A DNA stretch of 63,383 nucleotides, filler included, from Choristocarpus tenellus KU-1152 (Eukaryota; Protista; Phaeophyceae): assembly GCA_964200185.2 (NCBI GenBank). It is 13 parts of 13 records of this genome, joined end to end, with 100 filler letters (N's around TTAATTAATTAA, not from the genome) between each part and the next. Parts side by side here need not be neighbours in the genome. Positions count along the whole stretch, not along the records: positions 35,206 to 37,709 come from CAXNAD020027261.1; positions 37,810 to 45,980 come from CAXNAD020005051.1; positions 46,081 to 49,490 come from CAXNAD020020228.1; positions 49,591 to 55,010 come from CAXNAD020010837.1; positions 55,111 to 57,821 come from CAXNAD020025403.1; 8 more parts are not named here. The stretch is one strand, 5' to 3'. A program made the translations under genes and the position numbers. Positions 35,891 to 55,325 of the stretch are shown in pieces. Position 1 is the stretch's first letter, and the number at the start of each line of letters is the position of its first letter. The notes under the pieces were generated by a model that was not told the DNA's origin, did no database searches, and saw only the letters and a program-made list of their open reading frames with translations.

Positions 35891-37692
35891 GTACAAGTCG
35901 TTCAACGGGAAGGTTCCTACGGGCGAGGGACTACAAGGACATCGAATCGGACGCGCACATGTCTGAGATGGTTGTCTCGCGCGCCAGGCAGATTGTACCC
36001 AAGGAGAAGTGGATACCAGAGTGTCAAAGGTTGGTAAATGGTGCAGTTGCAGCGGTTATCTTTTTTTGCCTTTTCCGTATCTCCTGTGCACCCATACGTC
36101 GCCATGCGCCCCTCGATTGTAAAATATACTGTTAACGTCTTTTTCGGCACCACACTTACTGATTGTTGCAAAACTGCTCTAAATTTCGGACGTTACGTGA
36201 ATGTGGCACGGGCTGCCAGGGAAATGGACAGGCTCGCATATGAGAAGTGCAATATGCGCGACCTCTGGGTCAAGCCCCACTACGAGGAGAGGAAGAGGGA
36301 GGTGGCCCAACTTCTGCAGAAGGATTCATCTGGCGACCAACAAGCGGGGCCCGTCAGGCAGCTGAGGGAAAACATGTCGACGGTAGTCGGAATGAAACCT
36401 CTGCAACGGGTCAAAGCCGTGAGTGTGCCTCCTGTGTTCGTAATTACAGCTGAAATGGCTTGTACAAAAACAATTAGTTGACGCTTGGTAGGATTGGTGG
36501 TGGGTCTTCGTCATCATCATGAGCGACAGAGTTGCCTTCCTCACAACAAACGATGCTGTATGGTCAGTTCTAGTCTTTCGTTGCTAATAGCGGGAATAGC
36601 CAATCGTTTCCTTCAACTCTAGACAACGATTTTGGTCAATCTCCACCTCGTTTCTGCCTCCAACATGTGTCACTGTCGTAAACTACAGACAGGCTGGCGT
36701 CCTCGACATAGACTTCTTTCAAACTATTTTGCCCCGCAAGCCGCCTCCATTAAATACGTTCACCACATAAACCGTATAGTTTGCTCCGTTCAATTGACAT
36801 GCTATCGTACTTCCATTACACTCTCCCATTTTTGACGTCACCATCGTCCCCTCCTCTCCCCAACAACATCCTCCGCCGTGTCCACCACCAGATTCTCGAG
36901 AAGGACTCGACTCTACGCGCTTACCTCACCACCTGGGATGGGAAATACCAGGATGTCCTCAACCAGGTCAAACTCCACCGGGTTCACAGCAGGCAGGGCT
37001 GTGATGGCGGCAGCGCAGACGTCGAGAGTAACAACGGATCGGCATCAGATGGCCGTGAGAAAGAAGACGAGGGAGGGTGCGAACACAAAGGAGGGGACGA
37101 ACACAAAGGAGGGGACGAAGACGAGGGAGGGGACGGACTGCCAGACAGGCCAATCCCCCGAACGGCTAACTAGGTTGTCTCTTTTCAGCGGTGCACACCA
37201 TTGAACCGGTGGAACTTGCGGGGTCCCTCTGTGTGTGGTGCTGCGGTCGCTACCCCCACGTCTCTTTATTTGCCACAGTCCGATCGTGTGTTAATACATG
37301 TACATTACCGACTATTGTATCTCACCTGTACTACTTCGTACTGTTTTGCGCTGCCAATTTCGTGATCCTTCGTAACCGTGGATCCCCGCGTTGCGTTGTT
37401 GCGCCCAATTAATGATTTGGAAAAATACTATCCTGTCTGTTTAACGCTATTGTTTGATGACATGCGCGACAGGTCTTCATGCCCGAAGTGCTCCATCACG
37501 CATATGGGCGAATGTGCCTACGTGAAGATTGTAGGCAACGAGAGGCACAAGGATCGATTATGTATCAATTGCTCCATGGCACAGGAGGGCAGTGAAGGGT
37601 CTGGATCGGTGGGGAACGAAGCAGCGGGTCGGGGCAAGGGCAAGGGCAAGGGTAAGGGTCACGCAAGGATCGCGGGCGGGTCACCCACCAGG
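35891..37692 (+). pseudogene. Unknown multi-exon gene or pseudogene with an acidic repeat and a partial PHD-like Zn finger
   Basis: Exons 35891-36029, 36220-36418 and 36892-37173 join in phase but end in TAG right at a GT donor. The next exon (37473 onward) encodes CPKC...H..EC...LCINC and joins only through a shifted frame. Confidence 0.45.
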
Positions 37693-37809
37693 CAAAGCCT
37701 TTTATGTCCNNNNNNNNNNNNNNNNNNNNNNNNNNNNNNNNNNNNNNNNNNNNTTAATTAATTAANNNNNNNNNNNNNNNNNNNNNNNNNNNNNNNNNNN
37801 NNNNNNNNN

Positions 37810-44039
<6,230 letters not shown>

Positions 44040-44187
44040 ACAGTGGTAGAGAAGAAAAAAAAGAGTTCTGTGTCGTGTATTTTTCTTTTTTAATAATCCA
44101 CTACTGTATCGCGGGGTGAATTGGAAGGTAGTTGATTGGTTGGCTGTGTACGCTGCCCGCAAATATTTTGATGGATATTGACCTTTT

Positions 44188-44280
44188 TCAGACAGTCTTT
44201 GTTTTCAGACAGTCTCTGTTGTCAGACAGTCTCTGTTGTCAGAGAGTCTTTATTGTCAGAGAGTCTTTGTTATCAGACAG
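44188..44280. repeat. Degenerate 17-bp tandem repeat (CAGA[C/G]AGTCT..GTTGT), about 5.5 copies
   Basis: Directly visible. Confidence 0.85.
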
Positions 44281-45555
44281 CGCGGTGCTGGGTTTTTCTT
44301 TTCCTGAGTTGTATTAGCAGTATATTTGTAATGCTATTCATTTTTTTTTCTAATTTTTTATTTTTATTTGTTTTTGGCAGTGATGTTGTGATGGAGGGGA
44401 ATGTGTACTTTGTCCATGAGAGATGCAGAGCTCTTGCTTGATGCGTGTTTAATGTGTGTGTATATGTGTGACCAGGCCCATGTTTCAAATGCAGGAAGAT
44501 GTTAGTAACCAGTAGAGCCAGTGTGTAGTAACCAGTAGAGCCGGTATGAAACAGTGAGATATTTTGTAAAATACCATATGTAATACATCAGCGGCATGTA
44601 TGGGCCTACATGTGCAGTAAGCGTAGCTTGCCCTGTGTGAGGTTTTTGCTTAAATGTTTTGTTTGAACGTTTTGTTTGAATGTGTTTACACACGAGCCTG
44701 GGAACACCTCAGAAAGATCGCTGTCCCTGGTCGACGACATGGATTATTGCTGCAGTACAACTACTACCATTATTATTGTTTTAATGATTTCTATTACTCT
44801 TACTGTTCTTACGTCTATTACTATCACTATTATTATTATTACTTATTATTGTCATTGTTACTTGCTGTGGTGGATGTATGTGTGTTGTGCGCTGTGATAA
44901 CGGATCTACCCAGTGAAAGGATTGGTCCAGACTATTTTTCTTGCATCAGTTGCATGTGGTATATATATATATATTATATATATATATATATATTTATTTT
45001 TTCCAGTTTGATGACAGTTACAGCTATGAAGGCCTTCTTGCTTCTGTTGGTGACAGGTACAGCAGTTACACCTGTATTCTGAATGTACATTATGCTTTTT
45101 TTTTGTGCTCTCTCTCTTTGTCGTATGTGAGGGTTAGGGTTGGGTATGGCTATGCTTCTCCGTTGTTGATTGATGAGCCTGTCGTTGAGTAGCATTTTTT
45201 GTTGAGTTGTGTTGAAAGGTGGTTTCAAGGGTGTTTGTTCAAAGTCCAATAAAACAAATTGTACTGGTAATGGTGATCAAAATGGTTAGGGTTCTTACGC
45301 CGGCTTTTTTTGGTGGATTTGACATGTATCACATGAGCTGCTTTCTACTGAATGTCGAATTGGTAGTAGCACAAGGTGGGTTCTATGTTTTGTTTTTTGG
45401 GTGGATAAAAGATCGTGAAAAGTTATTGTTACTTTTATGTATTTTTGAAGTGAATAGATTCATTCTTAAAAAAAAAAATTAACGTTACGGATTGAATGCG
45501 ACCATTTTTTGTAAAGTGGTGCTGATCGATGAGTCCTTATAGAAAGAGAGGGAGA

Positions 45556-45720
45556 TGTGTTTGTGTGTGTATGTGTATGTTTGTGTGTGTATGTGTGTGT
45601 TTGTGTGTGTGTGTATGTGTATGTGTGTGTTTGTGTGTGTATGTATGTGTATGTGTGTGTATGTGTGTGTTTGTGTGTGTATGTGTGTTTGTGTATGTAT
45701 GTGTGTGCGCGTGTGCGTGT
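45556..45720. repeat. Compound (GT)n microsatellite
   Basis: Directly visible; source of spurious VC/HT-repeat ORFs. Confidence 0.95.
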
Positions 45721-46080
45721 CTGTGATCTGCCTGCTTTATAAAAAGCTTTCTGTGGTTGCTTTGTTTTCTATTAATATTGCATCTGCATGCTATAGTAGT
45801 ATCAGAATGCTTAGAATTAATCATCAGTTTAATGTGTCCTCTTCTCTTTTCTACCCATGTTGATTAACCATGCTTACTTCCTTGCTCCAATAGTCACCCC
45901 CACCCTCTATAACTGCCCTTCCCCCCCCTCGCTCCCTTTCCCGGCCCCTCAAGATCTTTCTTCTTATTCTCCTTTCCCCCNNNNNNNNNNNNNNNNNNNN
46001 NNNNNNNNNNNNNNNNNNNNNNNNTTAATTAATTAANNNNNNNNNNNNNNNNNNNNNNNNNNNNNNNNNNNNNNNNNNNN

Positions 46081-46170
46081 CATGCAAATAAACCACCCAA
46101 AAATAGCAAAATGGGAAAACTGGCCCCAAATGGACAGATGCCCCCCCCCCCCCCCCAGATACTTCGAGCC
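46081..46170 (+). mobile_element. MITE family A short-spacer end, truncated
   Basis: GCCCCAAATGGACAG..CCCCAGATACTTCGAGCC. Confidence 0.88.
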
Positions 46171-46294
46171 TCTGTGTGAATTGTAACAAAGACAACTAAC
46201 CACTCCTATGGGAACTGTCTCCACCCCGTATTTCTTATCACAAACCTGACTTCATCTTCTGTTGTCGACATACTCTGGGATAATGGTGTCTTAC

Positions 46295-47978
46295 CTGTAC
46301 TACCTATACCCAGCCTTGACACAGTGTGTATTGAAGGGACTTCCCACTGCCCTGCAGTGTCTTCCATCTGTGTTAGACCATCAACAAGTCCTTGGAGTGT
46401 TATGGATGTTTCCATAGAAATGCCTGCAATGGTACATACGTATTTTTTTACCTGGGGGGGTTCCATAGGTGGAGAGGGGGGGGAGGGGTTGATATTATTC
46501 ATAGTCAGTATGTGCCAAGACGAGAGCCAAGAGGTGGCTTCTACGTAGGTAATGATAGTGTCCTATACATCAGCCCCAATCGACCATCCATCCAGGCAGC
46601 AAGAAAATAAGCAAAACAAGTGAGAGTATACGCATCTTGCAGTGTAATCATAAGCAAGGTGTGTCACGAAGGTTGTGTAAAGCGCTGTCAAATAACAATG
46701 AATCGATTGGGGTATTTGAGGAAAATATTGTACCCCACAGAAGACATGGTTGCTGGTCTGATATTACAATATCTTGATCGAGTTCTTTGGTGGGAAGGAA
46801 GGCGAGAAGTGTTGCTATACCTCCAAGGTTCAAGGTTCTGCGGTCAATAGGCCGCCTCCAAGTATGAACAACCGTAACATCTAAGGACTGTTTCAACATT
46901 TCGAACATCTCATGATGATTAGTATCTGATATCTTTGTGGGAACCAGAATGGGTTTACTGCTCATGGTTGTGTTCAATTGCGTCACAGTTTTCGAAAATA
47001 CTCGAAGCACGTACCTTCAAAACGTTTTTGTGATGTACAGGTGTGAGGTGAACACTATGCTCTTTTCTGCCTGTGACGACTGGTGTACACACATCTGTAA
47101 GAGTAGTAAGCAATACTTCAAAGTACATTTTTTTCGAAATATTTAGTAGTGGTTATGATGATAATATCCTTCAATGGAGTGCAGTCATAATCCTAGAGAT
47201 CGATAAAGCACTGTGGCATAGGTAATGCATTTTAGGGGGTGCATACTGAGAGCAAACAGGTGGTTAAGCATCATACAACCCTACTGTTGGGCGTACTCAC
47301 CAATCTCAAGAACTGTTCCCTACTGACAGGTCTCAAAAAAAAGTTTCGCATGTAGTGTGATAACCTAGTCACAGGGGTGATGGGGGATGAGGTCAGGGAT
47401 ACGTAAAGTCTTGGTAATGGCAATATTGATTGGATAGGGAACTGAAAAGACGAGAGGCTTTGGTGTTACAGTGGAAACTTTGATGTATGACACCAGGTCA
47501 CGTCTGTTGCTTGCTTGGGTAGCAAGCAGTAGTGTGTAACATACATTCAGAACATTGTAAAAACAAGTAGAGCAACGTTACATAACTGAATTACTCGACA
47601 GTAGCAGCATGTGATTAGGGCTAGGGTTAGAGTGGAGGAATTTGCATGGGTGAATGAGTCTTACGACAAGCAGTAGCAGTATAGATCTGTAAGTGGTCAG
47701 GGGAGACTCAAGCTAGGAGATGCTTCAATGCACTAATTTGAAGGAGGAAGCTGACCGTAACCTCAAATTTTCCTCAACTATTGATTTTGAAATACTAATC
47801 TGAGTGCCATGGAACCGAAGAGCAGTCAACAGCCTAAGAACGTTCACCTTGAGTACACATTGGCGAGGTTCACGTATTGATTCTCGTCAGTCAGGTGCTG
47901 CTCTTCTGGTTGCTTTGCATTGACTAAATGAACCTGGGCAAACTTTGCAACGCTCCTGAAGCCAAGCAGGGTGGCTAT
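46295..47978 (-). CDS. Internal exons of an unknown protein-coding gene (47978-47848, 47014-~46820, 46451-46295)
   Basis: AG/GT-bounded open exons; the first two join in phase (..NLANVYSR|YVLRVFSK..). The join to the third is unresolved and no family was recognised. Confidence 0.45.
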
Positions 47979-48392
47979 CTGACAGGAAGAAGCAACACAT
48001 GGTGATGGAGGGGAAGGGGACAAGGCATGAAAATCTTGGTATGTACTCTGCCGTGAAGGGTGAAACAGAGAGATTGAAGTAGTACGCGGTGGCATGTCAA
48101 TATCTTGACAAAATCTGAGGTCAAGGTTTTGCACCTCAACTAATGTGATAATTTGTATGTTGTATGGGGATTCTATGCACTGAACGAGAAGGGCGAACAT
48201 TGATACGTTCACTTTGAGACTAGGTAGAAATTGTGGGGATGAATAACTACAAAAGAAGCGAGACAGTGTGCTGACCTCTGATTTCGACAAGACTGAGTTT
48301 ACTATTATGGCACCGAACCACTATCCTTGAAAAGATTAGTGCCACATTGGAAAAATATTATCTCATGCTGTTTGACCTATGCATACGGGTTG

Positions 48393-48464
48393 GCTCCTAT
48401 AGCTCAGTGGTAGAGCGTCAGCTTAGTAAGCTGCAGGTCCTGAGTTCGAATCTCAGTGGGAGCT
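48393..48464 (+). tRNA. tRNA-Thr(AGT)
   Basis: Acceptor stem GCTCCTA/TGGGAGC, D-arm GCTC-AGTGGTA-GAGC, anticodon loop TT-AGT-AA in stem CAGC/GCTG, T-arm CTGAG-TTCGAAT-CTCAG, followed by a T run (Pol III terminator). Confidence 0.96.
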
Positions 48465-49417
48465 TTTTTAATCTTAGGGTTATATGATGATGAGGTAATT
48501 AATGTGATATGTTACTCATAAACCCTCTCCAGGGTTCAGACCTCACTAATAAAGCTGCATCATTACTGTCAAACGTTACCATGTCTACTTTGGCACCAAC
48601 TCCTTTCACTACTATCAACTTGACACTGCCTTAGGCAGCCATGACGTCGAGTAAGTCCACATTGCTATAATGACACTTGATGAAGTGGGATATGTATGTT
48701 GAATCCTGGAAAGGGGCGAGGAGTAGGTGGGCTATGTCTCACCTGGACCATCCTGATCTCTGGAGATGACGGGCACTTGTTGGTAATATAAACTTCAATG
48801 TTATCTTTGTCAGCTTCCCTTGACCCTACCCTATGAGACAGGAACATTGGGAAAATATATATTATTCTCTTGCACTGGTCAAGGGAAATGCGTGATGTGG
48901 TCATTCATGATGACCGTTGCCACAGAGGGCTGCGTCCAATCCCTGCAATCTCCGCCAAAAATCCATAGGGCAGAGAGGTGATGTTTTTCGTGGCTTCGTA
49001 TAGATGTTTCATAGAAGGTTCTTGTGTGGACAGAAGGATCATTAATGTTTTCTTGCTCTTGTCTGATGCCCAATGAATCAAGATCTAGACCCTAACTCAC
49101 ATATATGTTAACATCTACTGCCATCTGTAATAGGTCCTTCCATCCTTTGCTATGTAAATATACCATGACTCGGGTGCATACAACAATCATCGCTTCTAAA
49201 CACACTCTCCCCCATAACTCTAAAACTTGTATTGAAAATATACATACATATATTTTCCCTCCAGTACCAAGATCATTCACTCTTAAGTGATGTATATTTT
49301 TCATCAAGGTAATGAGGAGCGGCATGCCCTGAAGTAAGGGCAATGAACTCCCAAGCAAATGAGACATGGCATCTACTGTGATATCCTGTTTGTTGCACAT
49401 TGTTGTTGTATCACCCA

Positions 49418-49490
49418 GGCTCGAAGTATCTGTGTGTGTGGGGGGGGGTCTATACCAGGGTGTCTATTTGAGCCCTGACCAGGAAAAGTG
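49418..49490 (+). mobile_element. MITE family A long-spacer end, truncated
   Basis: GGCTCGAAGTATCTG..GGTCTATACCAGGGTGTCTATTTGAG..CAGGAAAAGTG. Confidence 0.88.
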
Positions 49491-49701
49491 NNNNNNNNNN
49501 NNNNNNNNNNNNNNNNNNNNNNNNNNNNNNNNNNTTAATTAATTAANNNNNNNNNNNNNNNNNNNNNNNNNNNNNNNNNNNNNNNNNNNNGGGAGGGGCG
49601 CGGCGGGGGGAGGGGGGGGCGGGCGATGGGGGGGGGGGGGGGGGGGCGGCGGGGGGGGGGGGTTGAGGTCAAGGGACTGGAGAATTGAATGCGGAAGTTA
49701 C

Positions 49702-52125
49702 CTCATCCAATGGTTGAGTATGATGGTGGTATCTGACACGCCAGGCTTGGGATCAAACATGCTGGGCATCACCATCAGATCATTGAGCGAAAGCACCCCC
49801 AAGGTCCCAGCCCCCTCACGGCTCATCTCATGCACCTCCATGAAGAGCTGCCTTTTAGCACGTCCTTTGACCGCCTCTTTACCCCATCGAGTTTTTAGAG
49901 AGGAGTCTTGAAAAATATAAACGACATGCACAGACACACGCATACACGCACAGGAACGAAGTCTTTCAGTGCTGGATGAACACGCACACGTGTAATTGGT
50001 GCCTCAGGCACTGAAAAGGAGAGTGATTCAAGCTGGGTTTGATTGAGTGCAACGGAGAGACAAATTCCAGAAAATGTTGTTACCTATCAATGAGAGCAAG
50101 GAGTGCGTGGACTGGCTTTTTGACTTGACTCATTGTAGGAGCGAGTGTGAAGGGCAGAGGGTAAGAAAAACTCCAGGCTGGCTTTGTGAAGTTACTCACA
50201 AAACGAGACTAAAAAGGATACGCAGTAACACGTTGAAACAAGCGCATGATGATGTGTTCTTAATCTCAAATATCAAATATCTGAAACTATCATTGTCGCA
50301 CTTTGGTTGTTCAAAAAATCGGACCTGTGGTTAGAAAAGGTAGCACAAGAAGAGAGAGGCTTTCAATGCGTCTAGGAATTGAAGGTGGCAAGAGGCTCTG
50401 GCACAAGACGGCATCGGCACTGTGCATCTTCTTTCTTACTTAACCTATAGTAGGCAACCGATAGTCCACTATTAGCACTACATTGCATCACAGAAGGCAG
50501 GGTAAGTCATCCCCACATCATATGTTGGTAAGACTTGGCAGGGTTCAGTGGTTCAATACATTGCGTGTCATGTACTTCTTCCACTTCAGGCTAATTTGAT
50601 ATCATTGATCGGACAGGCCCTGGAAAAAATAAACACCTGGAGTACTCTAAGGACAATTAGAAATAGCTATTGGAATGCAGAAGGAAGTCATAGGGCGGAA
50701 AATATACTTGACACATCAGTAATTCTCACTCACCTCTAGATTACATCATGTAGATATCAAGGAGTTACATATCAGCACCTGTTGTTATGGGCTGTGAAAC
50801 GTCAACCATGACATCTATGCGAAGACAAGGTTACCCTTCTGCCCTCACTTCTTCCATTCTATTCAGTACTTGCGAGTGTGTTGTAATGCCGACGGGTGAC
50901 AATTGAAGGTTCAGAGATCACCTGATCCATGCTGACCCTAGAGGGACTCTAAATCTTTTATTCCTTGTAGCAACCAAAGTACTACTTTAGCATTTCTCTA
51001 GTCTGTATATATATGTGAGTATGTGGGGGGGACGTCAGCACCTAAAAAAGCTCTTGACTTGGGGTCCAGGGTCAACGCAACCTCCTCCAAATTCAGCAAG
51101 CTGTCATCATCTTTGATACTCAGAGCCATACGCCAAATGCTCTGGAGAACCTTGTCTGTCTTTTGACTGTGTAAGTGGAATGCAACTTTATAGGAAACAT
51201 AGGGGGAATGAGAGATTAATCGATAAATGGTTAGGCTTTAGAAGCGTAAAATAGGGCACTGATGCATCAGCAGGGAACGAGAAACAGGAAAGAATCAAAA
51301 CGCGCCCCACGATTCGAAAACAACTACAAGTGTGAAATAGCCTAGCGAACCTTCAGCTCAATTTTATGTTTACTATGGATAAGATGGTTGATCATTTGTA
51401 CGTAATCCGACTTGACCAGGAAAATCTGCTATTCCCAGTCCGAAATTGGTATGCCATGGGCCAAAAGAGAGGGGGGGTAGCTACTTCGCTTCTATCAACT
51501 TCCGTAAAACCTAGTCCAATTGTGCATTTCATCTTTACCTCCCTAACCTTTCAACCGAGGTCATAAGTACTAAGGATTACGCTTCTTAGACTGGGATATG
51601 TTGTCATCCAGGAGGACAACCCAAACCCATGGAGAACCAAACTGTTGTGATCGTGTCCACAACGACAAAAGGCTGATGTGGAATGCCAACCCCCAGTTTC
51701 ACTCTGTGGAACACTTGAGTCAGGTAAAAATATTCCGATGAGTGGAACCTGAAGCTAGGCCTGGTGTCAGTCTAGCGCGTATCTTCTACTCTTAAGTACC
51801 ACGATCGCAGCGTTCCATACCACTATCGAGGATATCTTGAGAGGCAATAGATTCCGACTGTTGCCGCATGACTCGATATATTCGGCACTGATTTCTTCCC
51901 AAGCTTAGTAGCAATGAATGAATCGCAATGCTTACCGTAAGTAGTGCACGCAGCAGACAAGATCAGCACAACAGCCAAGGTCCCTTTCATGACCGAACAG
52001 GTGTTGTGTGGTTGCATCTTCTTCGTCCTGGCAACCCCAGTCGTTCCATTCAGTGTTTGTACATTATCCCGCCAGCCATTCTGGAATCTTCGCCACGCCC
52101 TTCGCAATCGTACTCCTGAAGCCAT
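49702..52125 (-). CDS. Unknown multi-exon gene, 5' part, with a possible signal peptide
   Basis: First exon 52125-51936 ends at GTAAGC and contains MKGTLAVVLILSAACTTY. Further open exons at about 51165-51042 and 49906-49702. Intermediate joins unresolved. Confidence 0.45.
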
Positions 52126-52714
52126 TCCTGGAAGGTGGATACCACTCTCTTTGAAGGTCTGTTTTCTACCGAAAGAGTTTGTACTGACATCGATGGCGTC
52201 GTCACTGAAGTTAGAAACACCAACTAATCCCTTACTATATAATTACGCTGGTGTTCCTATATAAGAGAGGATATAAGAGAGGGTGAATTGCCTTGTCACT
52301 ACTTTTTAGCCTATAAGAGAGGTTTCGGCGTTTTCCTGGAAATTCTCTCTTATATCGAGCAACTCCCATATTTTTTCACTTCTTGATCAACGAGTTTCAC
52401 AAAAAGCTTTGTCTAAAGTTAGACAAAATATAAGAAAGGTACAAACTTGCTCGAGATCAGCAGTACAAATAATAGCAGTCTCTGGCCTCTCAGTATTCTA
52501 CAGAACAGTGCGTACAGTATATCACATCAAGCTTAGATGACTGCATTCTACAGATATAACGATGCCCTGCACAGCGGCTACCCTTGCTTGGGAAAGACTT
52601 GAGCCCGCACACCATTTTCCCACAAGATGATAATGTACTCTAGAGCAATATAGTAGTAGCAGTAGTAGCAGCAGCATCATCATCAGCATCACCATAAGGG
52701 TTGAATATGGTTAG

Positions 52715-53160
52715 GTGACGTGGACACTCCGCTAGGTCGACTATGTCAAGCTTCAATCTCATCACCGCCAAGTCCTCCTACGCAGCAATGGATTTTGCAA
52801 ATGAGGGGACGCACCGATCAAACGCATTGTGTCCTACAACAATGTCCTTGCGAAGACTGGAATGGGCGTGACAGTATCAAGGCAGCTGTGCAAAAACGGA
52901 GCCTCCTGTTCGCAGGGTTTGTTGCATGCAAGGGGGATGAGCGACTCCCAAAGCCATTGACGTTTGAGGAAAAACTCGAAGATGTAAAGCGGAAGCAAGG
53001 TAGACAGGAGGAGAAGAGCTGGTGTATGAGTCCGCAAGACGATCTTGAGACGTTTGGGACCGTGATTGAGGGATGGAGCACGAGGACAACAAACCCACAC
53101 AGATATGAGGTACCAGTGTGTGGTTGATGGAACAAAGAGCTTCGTCGAATGGATTGAACT
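52715..53160 (+). pseudogene. RTE-clade LINE relic (C-terminal region after RT)
   Basis: TWTL..DYVKLQSHHRQVLLRSNGF / SYNNVLAKTG / DSIKAAVQKRSLLFAGFVACKGDERLPKPLTF..EKSW....QDDLETFG fits the RTE pattern SIE....RR.L.FAG.V.RM.D.RLPK...FG. Stops and frameshifts present. Confidence 0.8.
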
Positions 53161-54918
53161 CAATTGGTGCACTCACCACTGCCCGCTGAATGTTACTTTT
53201 TATCACTGTCTCTTTTCTTTTGGGTCGATTATTATTTTTACATTCTACTTTCCTTTGTGTGGCGTTTGGATTGGATGGAGCGGTGTGATATTGAATTCTT
53301 CTTTTCCCCTTTCTCCCAAAGGATCTGCTTGTGATGTTCACCACGTTCATACCCTGTCCCAGTTATTGGGTGCTACTGCATTATGCCTGGGTCTTCTTCT
53401 CCCTCCCTCCCTCTCTCTCGTTTGTTCTCATCTATGTATCTGTGTATTTATAATATTGTGTGTTTTCTCAAGCATGGTGATACTATTTTCCCTCCAACTA
53501 ACTTTCAGGCACAGGTCTTGGACCTCCTCAGACTAATGTTGAGGTGAGAATGATGATGATGATAAGAACAACAATCGTTATAAATATAGATCATAGCAGT
53601 GTACACATTACTTTGCGGTGAAACCTCTATAGTAAAGGAGACGTTGTGTTGTTCGTTTTCAGATAGTACATTTTCTTAGAAACTTGTCTTAGCATTGACG
53701 ACAACTCTCGTATTAACAGTAGTAGTCCTTGTATTGTAATTCTGATTTTTCCCTGACAGGGTCCACAAAGTGTCAGAGGGCACAATAATATTATATAGTT
53801 GCAGCATGATAACAGGTACGTACGGTATTCAGATGGTGGAATAATGACTCGCATCCACACAGGGCACTTTTGGGGCTGGTTTATTCACAGCGCAATGACC
53901 CACCATCCGTATGATGGATCACAGGCAGGAGTGTGAAAATAGCAGCAAAACGTGATAGGGACGACGTTTTGTGAGCCACCAAGCACAACATGTGAAATTG
54001 TGGTAACAATGTCAAACGAGGTACTATTTACATTGTGAAGGAGAGGATCGCAATGCACTCACAACAACAACACTGCACATCTCGCCTTGCTCTCCATCAT
54101 CACAAAGAAATGCACACGCGATGGAGACTGCAGATGCTACCACCACTGCACATCAGCTCACCCGACATTACCCATGAAGGCCCCCCTGCAGGCCACCACA
54201 GATATCAACAGCAAATGGCATCATTGCACCAACAAACATATGCGAAGAACACACGTGTGTGCAGATGATCCCGGGATCCTGTGTGACCAATCATCATCCA
54301 TGACTGTGGTCAACAAGAAGGATGCGAAGAAGGCTGCTATCGGCCGCGACCAGCAAAGGATTGGCATACCCGCTCAGGTATTTCTCTCCTGCCAGTGAAC
54401 TGCCTCAAGGAAAGAAAGTACACCAACTCCTCAGCCGTGAATACTGGGTTGACCATAGCTACCCACACCCCAAAGACACTCGTTCCTCTTGTCATCACCC
54501 ACTGGCTCATTGCCAGGCATCCCCTCTTGCGCTGTAGTCTCACACAGTGGCCATCAGGCAATACATTTTTCGACTAATCTGGGATCCCTACCTTCATTTA
54601 CAATTGCCAAGGTTGTAATTGCTGTCCAGTCGAACGACCCTCCGTGTACAAGTACGTTCTAACAACCTTGTAATCCCCCTCCACATGATGTGCCACCGCC
54701 TCTCTCCGCCTCTGGTGATGTTGGCAGCAAGATGCACACCCTGTGGGGCCTATTTGACACCGATGCCCTTGGCACGGTGAATACCCTGCACCATCGTGGT
54801 GCAGCAGCGCCTCCTCTATCTGCCACCAGTGATGTGGGTGGCACAATGAGCACCCTGCCCCTTTGTGATGATGGTGGACCACCACCTCTCTCTGTCTCTG
54901 GCAATGTTTGTGTCGAGA

Positions 54919-55010
54919 GACCCAAAATATCTGGGGGGGGGGGGGGGGCTACCTCAGGGGGGCCATTTGCCCCAAAAGAGGGAAAAGGGCCCTTTCATTA
55001 TCAACCCAAT
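54919..55010 (+). mobile_element. MITE family A long-spacer end, degraded and truncated
   Basis: GACCCAAAATATCTGGGG..GGCCATTTGCCCCAAAA..TTTCATTATC. Confidence 0.8.
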
Positions 55011-55153
55011 NNNNNNNNNNNNNNNNNNNNNNNNNNNNNNNNNNNNNNNNNNNNTTAATTAATTAANNNNNNNNNNNNNNNNNNNNNNNNNNNNNNNNNN
55101 NNNNNNNNNNCAAGTCAAACTTAGCACTTTGTCCATAGAAATACGGGCGAATT

Positions 55154-55325
55154 GACCCAAAGCATCTGGGGGGGGGGGGTCTAAACCAGGGTGTCAATTT
55201 GGACCAAAATCAGGAAAAGTGCATTAACGTTATCCATCCGACATATGCAACCAAATCACCCGCGACATGAGAAAATTGCCTCCAAATGGACAGCCGCCAC
55301 CACACACCCCCAGATACTTTGAGCC
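55154..55325 (+). mobile_element. MITE family A, full length (172 bp), TSD ATT
   Basis: TIRs GACCCAAAGCATCTGGGG and CCCCAGATACTTTGAGCC; ATT at 55151-55153 and 55326-55328. Confidence 0.95.

Noticed and set aside
45529-45863. Cys/Val- or His/Thr-rich ORFs as metal-binding proteins
   Set aside because: Translations of a GT microsatellite.
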